A stretch of DNA of 64,000 nt, from NCBI RefSeq assembly GCF_001194135.2, contig NC_068986.1, positions 73,815,939 through 73,879,938 on the forward strand. The letters run 5' to 3'. This document shows positions 12,521 through 23,780 of the stretch, piece after piece. Origin of the DNA: Octopus bimaculoides (Eukaryota). The translations under genes and the position numbers were made by a program. Position 1 is the stretch's first letter; every line of letters starts with the position of its first letter. The notes beneath the pieces were generated by a model, which was not told the DNA's origin, did not search any database, and saw only the letters and a list, made by a program, of their open reading frames with translations.

Positions 12521-13771
12521 AATAATAATGATGATAATAATAATAACAATTTCTCACATTGGCACAAAGCCTATAATTTGAGGGGATGGTCAGTCAATTA
12601 CATCAACCCCCAGAAATATGAAAGGCACAGGTGGCAATGGTAGGATTTGATCTCAGAATGCAAAAAGCAGATACAAATAACACTAGGCATTTTTTCTGAC
12701 TTCAAACAATTCTGTCAGCTCACTGCCTTAATGACTGTTTCTAACTTAGGTACAAGGTCATCAATATTGAGAAGACGCTTTTAGTCAGTACTACCAATCA
12801 CAATACATTGTTGGTATTATATTTTGTCAAATCTGGAGGGATGAAAGCCAAAGTTAAACTCAACAAGATTTGAACTACTATTTTTGATTTACCCTATGGT
12901 TCATATTCATGTGTATTTACTAATCATATCAAAGTGGACATATATTCATTCTAATTTCATTTTTTTTTTTCTTTATTTCAAACTTTCTAAAAATGATTTT
13001 AAAAGCAAAATTTTAAGTAAGTTTCAAAATGTTATTTTTTAAAAAATATTTGTAAGTAAATATACTTTTTTTCTTAAATTAGAAACGTTTTTTCACTTTC
13101 TCACTCAATAAATTGTTTTTCTTTTGTTCTTTCAGGTAAGTTGTGAACATTTTTGCTGGTAAGGAAAACTGCCTTTTTTGTATGTTATTTTTATATTATT
13201 TGTATTATAGTATATCTATTTTCTAAGTCTCTTATAAATTTATTTGTTTGAGATGTATTATATATATTTTTTATGAATACCAGGCATTTATTTACATAAA
13301 ACTTATAGTCTAGAAATGTTTATGCAAAATTTTTTTTTGACATTTAATTTCTGTGTGACCAAATATCTGATGTAAGCCAAAGAACTGAAATCATATTTTG
13401 ATGTCATACATTTTGGGGAAGAATAATAAAGCTTTCCAACAGACCCATCATTGGTTCACTGCCTTTCATTTAATGATAGTAGATAGGGAGTGTCAGTAAA
13501 ACTGTGGCAGAATCAGTACTGCAAGGGTGTTTTGTTTGAAAATACTGACTTACCAGTTTGCTCATTGACTTGTACATTTTACAATAATATTTCACTCACA
13601 ATCTTTTAGTCAACAGAAAATATTTCAATGGATGTTTATGTTGTTTGATTCCAAAAGTATATTTTACCTCTGGTTTTGTTATTTCAGGTAAGGACAAAAA
13701 GTTATCAGAAATTACTATACACACACACACACACAATGGGTTTCTCTCTCTTTTGCAATAAAATAAAGACT

Positions 13772-14184
13772 AGGCGCAGGAGTGGCTGTGTGGTAAGTAG
13801 CTTGCTTACCAACCACATGGTTCTGGGTTCAGTCCCACTGTGTGGCACTTTGGGCAAGTGTCTTCTACTATAGTCTCGGGCCGACCAAAGCCTTGTGAGT
13901 GGATTTGGTAGACGGAAACTGAAAGAAGCCCGTCGTATATATGTATATATATGTGTATGTGTGTTTGTGTATATGTTTGTGTCTGTGTTTGTGCCTCCAG
14001 CATCGCTTGACAACCGATGCTGGTGTGTTTACGTCTCCGTAACTTAGCAGTTCGGCAAAAGATACCGATAGAATAAGTACTAGGCTTCCAAAGAATAAGT
14101 CCTGGGGTCGATTTGCTTGACTAAAAGGCAGTGCTCCAGCATGGCCTCAGTCAAATGACTGAAACAAGTAAAAGAGTAAAAGAG
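13772..14184 (+). mobile_element. tRNA-derived SINE, family A, full-length young copy
   Basis: AGGCGCAGGAGTGGCTGTGTGGTAAG (box-A-like), GGGTTCAGTCCC (box-B-like), CTTTGGGCAAGTG (CORE-like motif), CpGs retained, (AAAAGAGT)n tail. Confidence 0.9.
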
Positions 14185-14293
14185 TACTAGTTAACAACAA
14201 AATGACAAATTTATTTTGTCACTTTGGGCTCTAGGCTCAGATTGACCAAAGCCCTTTGAGTGGATCTGGTTGACGGAAACTGAAATAAGCCTG

Positions 14294-14342
<49 letters not shown>

Positions 14343-14461
14343 TGTGTGTGTGTGTGTGTTTGTTTGTCGCCCACCACTGTTTGATAACCAGTGTTGGCTT
14401 GTTTATGCCCCTGTAATTAGCAGTTTAGCAAAGAGACTGACTGAATAAGTATCAAGCTTAA

Positions 14462-14683
14462 CCCTTTTATTACCATATTTCTGCTGAGATGGTCTGTGCT
14501 TCTTTCAATTAATTTTACATATAACAAAGAATTTAGTAAAATAACTTAGTTATCATTCAGCTAGTGTTAGGAAAATGAATTGTGACTAAGGTTTGGTGTA
14601 AGATTTTAATTTAGAACTTTTGAAAACAAGACGTTTGTACTACAGAGCCTGAGGCGGTTTCAGGCAGGTTGATACCAAAAGGG
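14462..14683. mobile_element. piggyBac-like MITE inserted in a family A SINE
   Basis: TTAA at 14458-14461 and 14684-14687; termini CCCTTTTATTACC / GATACCAAAAGGG; SINE sequence resumes on both sides. Confidence 0.75.
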
Positions 14684-14971
14684 TTAAAAACAGAAAAAAG
14701 TACTGGGTTCAATTCTTTTGGCTAATAATTCTTCAAGGAGGTGCCCCAGCATGGGTATATTCTAATTATTGAAACAACTAAAAGATAGAAGATATATATT
14801 TTTCTTCAACTCTTGGTATTTGAGATTGTGTGTATAAGAATGTGAGAAAATGTGTATGTATGTAAATGGGTATTATTGTGTATGTCGACCTGTATACGCG
14901 TGTGTGTGTGTTCATGTGTCTACATGTAAATGTGTATTTTATCAAGAAGTGTACTCCAAGAAGTGCTTTAA

Positions 14972-15192
14972 CCCATTAGCATTTAAACTGGCCATATCCA
15001 GCCAAAATATTCTTTTTGTTTTATGTCTAAGCCAGTCAGATCTGGTGTTTTATACCTCCCCTACAATGTCAGTCTAAAATATAAACAGTCACATCATAGA
15101 AATCTTGAAGCTATGAGATAATGCATCATTAATTCAAAGCAATGTGAATAAATAAGCATTATGTCTGAGAGAGTAATCTGAATGCTAAAGGG
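14972..15192. mobile_element. piggyBac-like MITE (CCCTTTAGCATT TIR family)
   Basis: TTAA-CCCATTAGCATT ... AATGCTAAAGGG-TCAA; homologous to 18640-18860 and 41023-41240. Confidence 0.75.
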
Positions 15193-15576
15193 TCAAAACT
15201 TTGGGCAGACTTACACTGTTTCAATGTGATAGATGTGAGTTTGAGTCTTTCATTCTTTCTAAAAGAGTCTCAGTTTGTCTATGATATTTTGTTTTCACTG
15301 ATTATGCATATGGAAAACTACTTACAATCAAAGCATCCTGACATTATTCATAGATGTGTATTTCTGCATGTGTGTGTAGATAGACTTAGTCAAGTGATCC
15401 TTGTAATCTGCAATAATACAAAAAAAAAAAAAAGATCTCAATGTTACAAACAAAAGGAAGGATACTTATTGTTTATTGTCTTTTGTTTTCTCAGAACAGC
15501 TGAGTCATAACATCTGGCAATATTGAAGGAAGCCGATAAATATCAAATTTGTGTATATTTGTGCGTGCGTGTGTGT

Positions 15577-15620
<44 letters not shown>

Positions 15621-15666
15621 TTGTCTTATCATCCACTTTCCCATGTTTGTATGGGTCAGATGGAAC

Positions 15667-15831
15667 TTACAGAGATAGATTTTCTTCGGCCAGAAAAACA
15701 AGAACAAAAGAAATCAAAATGAAAGCAAAACATCCAGACAGAATTGGCAATGGCAGTTGTTGTAACTTGACAGTAGAAGTCTTTAAGAAAGGAGATTTGA
15801 TTAAGTCTTTACCTATTTCCAATGTTTTAGA
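15667..15831 (-). pseudogene. Degenerate duplicate of the candidate terminal exon at 18146-18349 (acceptor TAG changed to TGG)
   Basis: SKTLEIGKDLIKSPFLKTSTVKLQQLPLPILSGCFAFILISFVLVFLAEENLSL*; ungapped homology to the 18.2-kb copy over 39 codons; last residues derive from an adjacent SINE-like fragment. Confidence 0.35.
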
Positions 15832-16408
15832 CCAGAGAAATTCAATTTACATGTCTTAGAAAAGCTGTTACACACACACTCACCCCCACCACACAATTTA
15901 CATACACACGCGCACACACTTTATAAGCTAGGTGAAAACCTCATAATGTGCCTTTAAGAGCTCTTATCCCATTATTTGGCCACCACATGATATCCTACAG
16001 TGGGGTATACCTAGAGCTGGATATACATGTGGCACTCCTCTTCACCTAAGAATAATACAAGAATAATATACCCTGAGGATGGAGGATAACAGGCTTTAAT
16101 AGTAGATCACAACATTTGTTCCCAACAGGAATTAATTGTATTCCATCTAATAAAGAACCCCACATGGCTGTTGCTGAACAGTATTCAACTGTATAATAAT
16201 TATAAAGAAAATTCTATAATGGTATTTTGATATAATCTCAGCAACTTAAATCCAGTGTGCAGTGCAGAAACAAATGTTGTATTCTACTATTAAAGCTTGA
16301 TATCCTCCATCTTGATGTTTATATTTTCCTTATATATATATATTTTTATGCATATATATATTCTTTTACTTGTTTCAGTCATTTGACTATGGCCATGCTG
16401 GAGCACTG

Positions 16409-16444
<36 letters not shown>

Positions 16445-16446
16445 CT

Positions 16447-16682
16447 AGAAAGGACAACAAAAGAAAAGAAGAGACCTCGATATTATGTAAATAGAGGAAT
16501 TTATCTGCAAAAATATGTGACACTTATTCGGTAGCCATGATAAAACTCCAAGTTTCAGATGCCGGTCATTTAACGGTCATTTTTCACAGGAATTTTCAAT
16601 GGCTGGATAACTGAAGAGATGGTGGCGTGGGTTCCCACCCCGGCATCCGAAACTCGGAGTTTTATCATGGCTATTTTTACAG

Positions 16683-16683
<1 letters not shown>
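16447..16683. repeat. Fold-back (hairpin) element, family H, between (TA)n tracts
   Basis: 34-bp inverted arms at 16532-16565 and 16640-16673 with 2 mismatches; sibling of 22745-22970. Confidence 0.8.
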
Positions 16684-16740
<57 letters not shown>

Positions 16741-16744
16741 CTTA

Positions 16745-17200
16745 AGAAACTGATAGTCTGCTATTCACATAACAGTAGTAGTCCTTCGAAGCTGATAGTA
16801 TATAATCATGGTTTCAATTCAGGAGATATTGGCATGCTTGGCTACACCAGTGTCCTGTCCTGTCACTGGATGTGCATGGTTTACCGCAGATATCTCTGGT
16901 GGTATAAGTTTAAGATTATAGTAGTATTGTCTATAACTTGTCCGGATTCCAGAGCCATATAAGAGAGCAGGTACAACAATTGCCATATATGCTATAAGTT
17001 TACTTGTTTGTTTGAAATCATGACCTTCATATACACATCTTCTCAGATGTCCAAGGGTTACATTGGTACATTTTATTCAATATTTGATTTCCTTAGCAAT
17101 ATCAGTATCTTTATAGATGTTTGCTCAGATATTGCAAGTGCCATCTGTCCATGTACCTGAATGACCAGACAAATTTATTGTTTCTTGGGTGGCTGTTGAT
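16745..17200 (-). mobile_element. Decayed RTE-clade LINE reverse transcriptase C-terminal region
   Basis: Patchwork translation DIAKEIKY*IKCTNVTLGHLRRCVYEGHDFKQTSKLIAYMAIVVPALLYGS...YHQRYLR*TMHIQ*QDR...IETMIIYYQLRR follows the RTE pattern KEI..RI..A...FGRL..RV.....TKI.VY.AVVLPTLLYGSETW...HQRCLR.I..I.WQDR. Confidence 0.75.
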
Positions 17201-17213
17201 GTAACAGCATAAA

Positions 17214-17254
<41 letters not shown>

Positions 17255-18145
17255 ATGCATGCACATGTAAGTACGTATGTATTTAAAACAAATCAAGACT
17301 CATTGACTAGAGGCTTACTGATAATTGTTTTAGTTCAATATTTATTGTAGAAGTAATTTAGCTAATTAATTGTGTGTGTATGTGTGTGTGTGTGTGTACA
17401 ACCTGTTTACGTTGGTCATATCTACAATCATGTTAAAAGCTTGCTTCCCAATCACTAGGTTTCAGGTTAAGTCCTGCTGTGTGGCACCTTGGACAAGTGT
17501 CTTCTGCCAAAACACTCCATGCTAACCAATGCCTTGTAAATGGATCTAGTAAATAGAAGCTGAAAGAATTTTGTCTTATGAGTATATGTGTGTGTGTAGG
17601 ATTTTGTCTGATTTTGTGTATGTGTGTGTGTGTATGATTTTGTGTGTGCGTGTCTGTCTCCATCACCACTTGACAACCAGTATTAGTTTGTTTACATCAC
17701 TGTAATTTAGCAATTTGGTAAAAGTGACTAATAGAATAACTACAAAACTGTTTTAAAAAAAGACACATAAGTCCTGGGGTCAATTAGTTTGACGAAAACT
17801 CTTCAGGGTGGTACCCCAGCTTGGCCAAGTAAAAGATAAAAAGTAGTTGAGATGTGTACCTCTCTATCACTAGAAAAAGTAGTAACATTTATTGCTTCAC
17901 GGAAATAGACAGATGATATTCTTGTGTCCATTATTGAAGTAGTATTTGAGTTATATTAAATATATCCAGTTTTATTGGATTGCTTTCTCTGTGTTAATTA
18001 CTTTGAACTATTTAAAATCAATTTTTCTCTCAGCTACTGAGAATCATCACAGTAATGGAAATATAAACCAAAAATATAAAATAAATGAATACAGAATTAA
18101 CTGAGGTCAACAGAAAATTAAGCTGTCACAAACGTTTTCTAGTTT

Positions 18146-18349
18146 TCAAATGGAAAAAAAAATGGAGAAAAAGACCCCTTTGAATGAACCAAAATAAAAG
18201 AAAAAAACCTTCAAAAGAACAAAAAGAAAAAATAGAATGAAAACAAAGCATCCAAAAAGAATCGGCAATGGCAGTAGTTGTGGTTTGACAGTAGAACTCT
18301 TTAATAAAGGAGATTTGATTAAATCTTTACCTATTTCCAGTATTTGAGA
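18146..18349 (-). CDS. Candidate 3'-terminal coding exon of an unidentified gene; hydrophobic C-terminal tail (TM or GPI-signal-like)
   Basis: Acceptor TTGACTTTCTCTAG with upstream CTAAT; 67-aa phase-0 frame SQILEIGKDLIKSPLLKSSTVKPQLLPLPILFGCFVFILFFLFVLLKVFFFYFGSFKGVFFSIFFSI*; AATAAA at 17971-17976 on the minus strand; no upstream exon identified. Confidence 0.35.
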   Translation of the reverse strand, partial: SQILEIGKDLIKSPLLKSSTVKPQLLPLPILFGCFVFILFFLFVLLKVFFFYFGSFKGVFFSIFFSI

Positions 18350-18639
18350 CTAGAGAAAGTCAATTTGTATATTAGGAAAGCTGTTAGTTGTAAATCCCAT
18401 TTAGAGGACAAAAGTTGGTTTAATCAGCTTTGGCTGTTGTATTTATTATTGCTAAGAGAGGAGTAGCTAGAGACTTAATCTAAGTTTCCTACTTCTGTGA
18501 TTTATATTTGTCTGTGACTTTATTATGTTTTCATATTGCCCCATCATCATCCTCATCCTCCTCCTCCTCATCATCATTGTCATTGTCATCATCATCACCA
18601 TCACCACCACTTATAGCTCTACCTTCACCATTTTTTTAA

Positions 18640-18860
18640 CCCTTTAGCATTTAAACTGGCCATATCTGGCCAAAATATTCTACCTGCTTTATGTTCAAAC
18701 TGACCTGGTCTGACCTCTCACACCAACCCTACAATATCACTCTAAAAATTAACAGCTGCCTCATCCAAAATCTCAAAGCTACAAAATAATGCATAATTAA
18801 TTCAAAATGGTGAGAATAGATAAGCATTTCATTCGACAGAACAATGTGAATGCTAAGGGG
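18640..18860. mobile_element. piggyBac-like MITE
   Basis: TTAA (18636-18639) CCCTTTAGCATT ... AATGCTAAGGGG TTAA (18861-18864). Confidence 0.85.
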
Positions 18861-18924
18861 TTAATATATATATATGCTAACTGACTGTCTGGCTTCTTTT
18901 TACATGTCTTGTTTTGCAGTTCTT

Positions 18925-19350
18925 TTATTCTAGTATTCTTTTACTTGTTTCAGTTATTTGACTGCGACAATGCTGGAGCACCACCTTGAAGGGTTTTAGT
19001 CAAACAAATTGACCCCAGGACTTATTTTTAAAGCCTAGTACTTATTCTATCAGTTTCCTTTGCTGAATTGCTAAGTTACAGAGATCTAAATGCACCAATT
19101 GTCTAGCAATGATGGTGGGGGGACAAGCACAGACAGAAAGACACCCCCTACACACACACAATGGGTTTCTGTCTCTCTCTCATACACACACACACACAAT
19201 GGGTTTCCTTCAGTTTCCATCTACCAAATCCACTCACAAAGCTTTGGTTGGCTTGAGGCTATAGGTGAAGACATTTGCCCAAGGTGTCATGCTATAGTAC
19301 TGAACCTAGAACCATGTAGTTGGGAAGCAAGTGTCTTAGCACACAGCCAC
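18925..19350 (-). mobile_element. tRNA-derived SINE, family A (diverged)
   Basis: CTTTTACTTGTTTCAGT tail complement and CCAAATCCACTCACAAAGC motifs. Confidence 0.75.
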
Positions 19351-19489
19351 CAAGTTTTCTCAAGTCTGATCAAACTCTTTACAACATCCATTTTCTTTCA
19401 CAAAGCTCAGTCTTTCTGCTCTCTGATTAGAAAACCTTTTTGTTTGTTGTTCATTTGTTAGCCATGGCTTCAAGTGCACTTTTTTTAAA

Positions 19490-19950
19490 ATCCTGGGCCT
19501 CATGGTATGATATTGTCATTGCTCACACTTGTTAGTCACCTGTATAACAGAATTTAACTCTTAACTACAAGTGGGCCACGAGGCTTTCAGCTGCCAATGA
19601 TGTCAACTACTCCTATGTATTTTGATCAAACTTTCACCACTCCTTTGTTTAATCTGCATCATTGACCACACAGCACTGTTGACTTTCTAACTGTATTCTA
19701 TGCAAGACCATTGAATGCTGTTGCCTATTTGTAATTCCTGTTGTCACTTTGTGCCATTGTTATAACCATGCACACTGGCCTTTGTCCTTGCTATTTGTCA
19801 TATTCTGCAGTGACAGTTAGCTCATTATCATTTAGAACTTCCCATGGGTATCTTCTGATCATGAACAGTGTGGTTACTACAAGAACTATATTGAACAATA
19901 GGGGCTTGAACACAGTAACTTTACATTTATTCGTTGAATGAATTCTTCAC
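19490..19950 (-). mobile_element. Decayed RTE-clade reverse transcriptase core fragment
   Basis: SPLLFNIVLVVTTLFMIRRYPWEVLNDNELTVTAE corresponds to the RT motif SPLLF.IV.......PWELLYADDL...AE. Confidence 0.65.
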
Positions 19951-20739
19951 TCATTAATCCATTAATGAGCTCAGTGAGGAGCCCCTTAATGGAATAACTA
20001 ATTATTGTTATGTTATGTTATTTTCTTGTTAAAATATTGACATATTTCAAATTATGAAACAATGTCAACTCGTGAATAGATAACCCCTACTTTTTGACTA
20101 GCAAATTTAAACAATATATTTGTATTACTATTTTAATTGGAGGATTTAAATGACACGTACTTAAAAAAGTGAAAAAATGAATATGAAGCAGAAATATATA
20201 GAGATTATAGCTGAGAAAATGCTGTGATTATTGGCTAATATAATGTATAGAATGATTGGAGAATATTCGTAAATACTGAGAAAATGTATAATGCTGAAGA
20301 AATATCAGATTTGTTAGAGGGTTTTACCTAGAGGAAATATTGGAACTGAATAGAATATTAATGAGAAAACTATACGTCATGTAGCAAAACTAACAGAAAT
20401 ATTGGAAGAACTTTATATATTACATAACAAAATTAACAGAAATATGGATAGCTTGCAAAACTTATCTTGGACTCTTTTCTCTTTGGTGATAGCTTTTATT
20501 CAAACTTGTAAGACTGCAATCTTTGAAAAAAGCCACATATTATCTCATTATATTTGTGACTGGGTATGAAAATCATTTTGTGGGTGGGCTGGGTATGGTG
20601 AATGGTAGCAACAATCTCAGTATTTTCTTTGCATTCATCTGTTATCTACAACATACACTTGTGTTGAATACTTTGGTAGGCTCATCACATATCCTTTTAA
20701 TTATAGGATATTTAGGGTATTGTTTCATAATTATCCCCT

Positions 20740-21066
20740 TTGAAACCATGCAATTTTGGGTTCAGTTCCACGGTGTGGCACCTTGGTCAAATGTCTTCTA
20801 CTAAAGCCTGGACCTGACCAATGCCTCATGAGTGAATTTGGTGGGCAGAAACTGCATGTATGTATATTTGTGTTGTGTTTGCCTCCCACGAATGTTTGAC
20901 AACAGGTGTTGGTTCATTTAAGTCCTCAGAACTTAACAGCTTGGCAAAAAAGGTCGATAGAATAATACCAAACTTCAAAAAAAAAATATGTACTGGGGTC
21001 ATTTGTTCAGCTTTAACTATTAAGGCAGTGCTCCAGCATAGCCACAATCCAACAACTGAAACAAGT
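20740..21066 (+). mobile_element. tRNA-derived SINE, family A (diverged)
   Basis: GGTTCAGTTCCACGGTGTGGCACCTTGG ... GGCAGTGCTCCAGCAT ... ACTGAAACAAG. Confidence 0.7.
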
Positions 21067-21299
21067 GAGGGGTCACTGCTCCTCAATGTGGATCTTGGGA
21101 CTTACACCCTCTTCTACCCTTAAAATACAAGTAGGACTCAGAATATTTTTTTGTTCATTGTTCTCTGTTATAGTCTCTTGTCTAAAAAAAAAAACTCCTG
21201 GGAGACATCAGTTTCTTGAATTGACTTCAAAACATGACTAGATTACATATATTTTTATTGGCTTCTGGTCATTGACTGGCAAAGTTGACTTTGAAGCTA

Positions 21300-21790
21300 A
21301 AGCTTTTAACTTAAACTTTAACTTTAGGTCATCTTATGCTGCTCAGTGCGTTGGGTAACAAGCTTCCCCCACTGGGTTCACATCCATTTCATGTCATGCT
21401 GATTGTCTTCAGGTCAGTTTCAAATGTGTTCCACCTAGTGATCTTTGGCCTAACCCTTTTATGTATGCTGAAGGGAGGTACCTAAGTCAGGACTTTTTTT
21501 GTGTGTTGTTGACTGACTCTACTGAGAATGTGGCCAGCCAGATGGAATTGGTGCTCTGCTACAATTTCTTGCAGTTGTTGTGACCTTACTCTACTCAGAA
21601 TCTCCTCATTTGTGACATGATCCTGCCAGCTGACCTTCAGCACTAAACTAAAGCAATAAACTTGATAACTTATAGCTTCAAATCCCACTTCTCTGCCCTT
21701 CAGAAGATCACTATGAAAGCAGCACCATGAAGCCAAAATAAATTTTGAGTGAAACTGTTTGGTAGAAAACAACAAATATTATTCACTAGT
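21300..21790 (-). mobile_element. 3' end of an RTE-clade LINE (RT C-terminus, stop and short-repeat tail)
   Basis: LKVSWQDHVTNEEILSR...HLAGHILSR...LT*VPPFSIHKRVRPKITRW...DLK..., then QWGKLVTQRTEQHKMT*; followed by AGTTAAAAGTTTAAGTTAAAAG. Confidence 0.8.
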
Positions 21791-22164
21791 TGTCTGAAAA
21801 CATGTCTGAATGCTGTATGAGGTGCAGTGTTGGAGTAAAGCATTATTTGCAGTAGTTTGTAATGAAAGAACATGTCTAGATTACAGATGTATGAGAGATG
21901 TAGTTGTAAAGTGAGTTAGTGTGAGTTGTAAGTGTAAATGTTAGTGAAATGTCAAAATGGAGACATCAATAAAATGTAAGAATTATTCTTCATAACAAAC
22001 ATTGAACACTGTTTGTAAAAGCTATTTGTCCACTAAGATGTACAAATAACATACATAGATGCATGCATGCATACATACATAAACATACAACTTGTATACA
22101 TGCCTACATATGTATACATATATGCATTCATACAAGCGTGTGTGTGTATGTAATGTATGTATGA

Positions 22165-22195
<31 letters not shown>

Positions 22196-22705
22196 CATAT
22201 ATATAAAATATTGTATAGGAGTCTATACATGGAGATGGGACCATCATGTGGATTCCTTACATGCTAGAGAGGGCAGTCAAAATCCAAACTGCGAAAGAGA
22301 TATTCTTACATTGCATGTTCTTGTAGAACACTTGAATGAATAAAAATCTCAGTTAACCCTATACCCATGAATTTCACCATTAATGATCAAATAAATCAAT
22401 TAGTCAATCAATTGATTAATTAACCATTCATGGCTCGTTAGTAAGGTCGCTGGAAAATGCATAATTATGAAACTATAATACATACCAAAAATACAAAGTA
22501 AACATATGTGCACTTAAGTTCTATCTTTATACATCAAGAATTCAGATCAAATGCCCCCAATCAATGTGCAGAGTTAGAGTAGTACAGTAGTGAATAAATT
22601 CACCATATATTATCCAACTAAAAATCTAAATATTTAACTATGTAAATACAGGGTAAAAATTATTAAACTGACAATTAATGCCAGTATTATCCTGTATTTA
22701 TATAG

Positions 22706-22744
<39 letters not shown>

Positions 22745-22747
<3 letters not shown>

Positions 22748-22970
22748 AAAAATATGTGACACTTATTCAGTAGCCATGATAAAACTCCGAGTTTCAAATG
22801 CTGGAGTGGGAGCCCACGCCAACATCTCTTCAGTTGGTGTGGTTCCCACCCCGGCATCCAAAACTCGGAGTTTTATCATGGCTACTGAATAAGTGTCACA
22901 TATTTTTACAGATAAATTCCTCTATTTGCATAATATCGAGGTCTCTTTCTTTCTTTTGTTGTCCTTCCTA
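22745..22970. repeat. Fold-back (hairpin) element, family H, flanked by (TA)n
   Basis: 22745-22910 is a near-perfect inverted repeat with ~75-bp arms and a ~13-nt loop, plus a ~60-bp one-sided extension. Confidence 0.85.
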
Positions 22971-22974
22971 TCAA

Positions 22975-23014
<40 letters not shown>

Positions 23015-23275
23015 CAACCAAAAGCACATATATATAGGTATATATGTTTGATAAACAGACTGGAATATATTTAGGCACTTAAACCACTCTGCGATCACTT
23101 TGACACTTGACACGTACACTCTGTACCTATTCAGGCAACACCAATTTGATGGAGGGAGCGAGCTAATGTATGGCACATACATTTGATTACTATAAACAAA
23201 TCATTTGTGTAGATCATTTGACAAAAGCTGAACACTCACACATCATTTTCAATAGGAGGGTCCATCACATATATA

Positions 23276-23400
23276 TATGAGGCGTGTTCAAAAAGTATCT
23301 AACTTTATTTTTCCTGTTGAAACTAATGCTATGTGGGTAAAATCCTTTGGGTGAGAGGTGACATCACCCATCCTGTGCAAGTGGGAATCTCTCTCAATAA
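23276..23400 (+). mobile_element. Possible isolated Tc1/mariner terminus
   Basis: TA-TGAGGCGTGTTCAAAAAGTATCTAACTTT resembles mariner TIR starts; no partner TIR found. Confidence 0.3.
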
Positions 23401-23459
23401 ACTCCATCTGATCCATGCAGGCATGGAAAAGTGGATGTTAAAATGAATGAAATGATATC

Positions 23460-23780
23460 TTTTATCTTTTACTTGTTTCAGTCATTAGACTGTGGCCATG
23501 CTTGTGCACTGCCTTGAAGAACTTTTAGTCGAATTTATCTACCCCAATACCTTTTTAAGCCTGATACTTATTCTATCAATCTCTCTTGCCAAACTGCTAA
23601 GTTACGGGTACATAAACACACCAACACTAGTTGACAAATGGTGATGGGGGGATAAACACACACACACACAGATATATATGTATACATTTATATGATAGCT
23701 TTGGTTGGCCTGAGGCTATAGTAGAAGATAGTTGCCTAAAGTGCCACACAGTGGGACTGAACCTGGAACCATCACACAGC
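23460..23780 (-). mobile_element. tRNA-derived SINE, family A (partial)
   Basis: Family A tail and body motifs in reverse orientation. Confidence 0.7.

Noticed and set aside
17040-17200. Protein-like minus-strand exon (GTWTDGTC...) suggestive of a GPS/GAIN motif
   Set aside because: It is continuous with the RTE reverse transcriptase fragment at 16745-17000.
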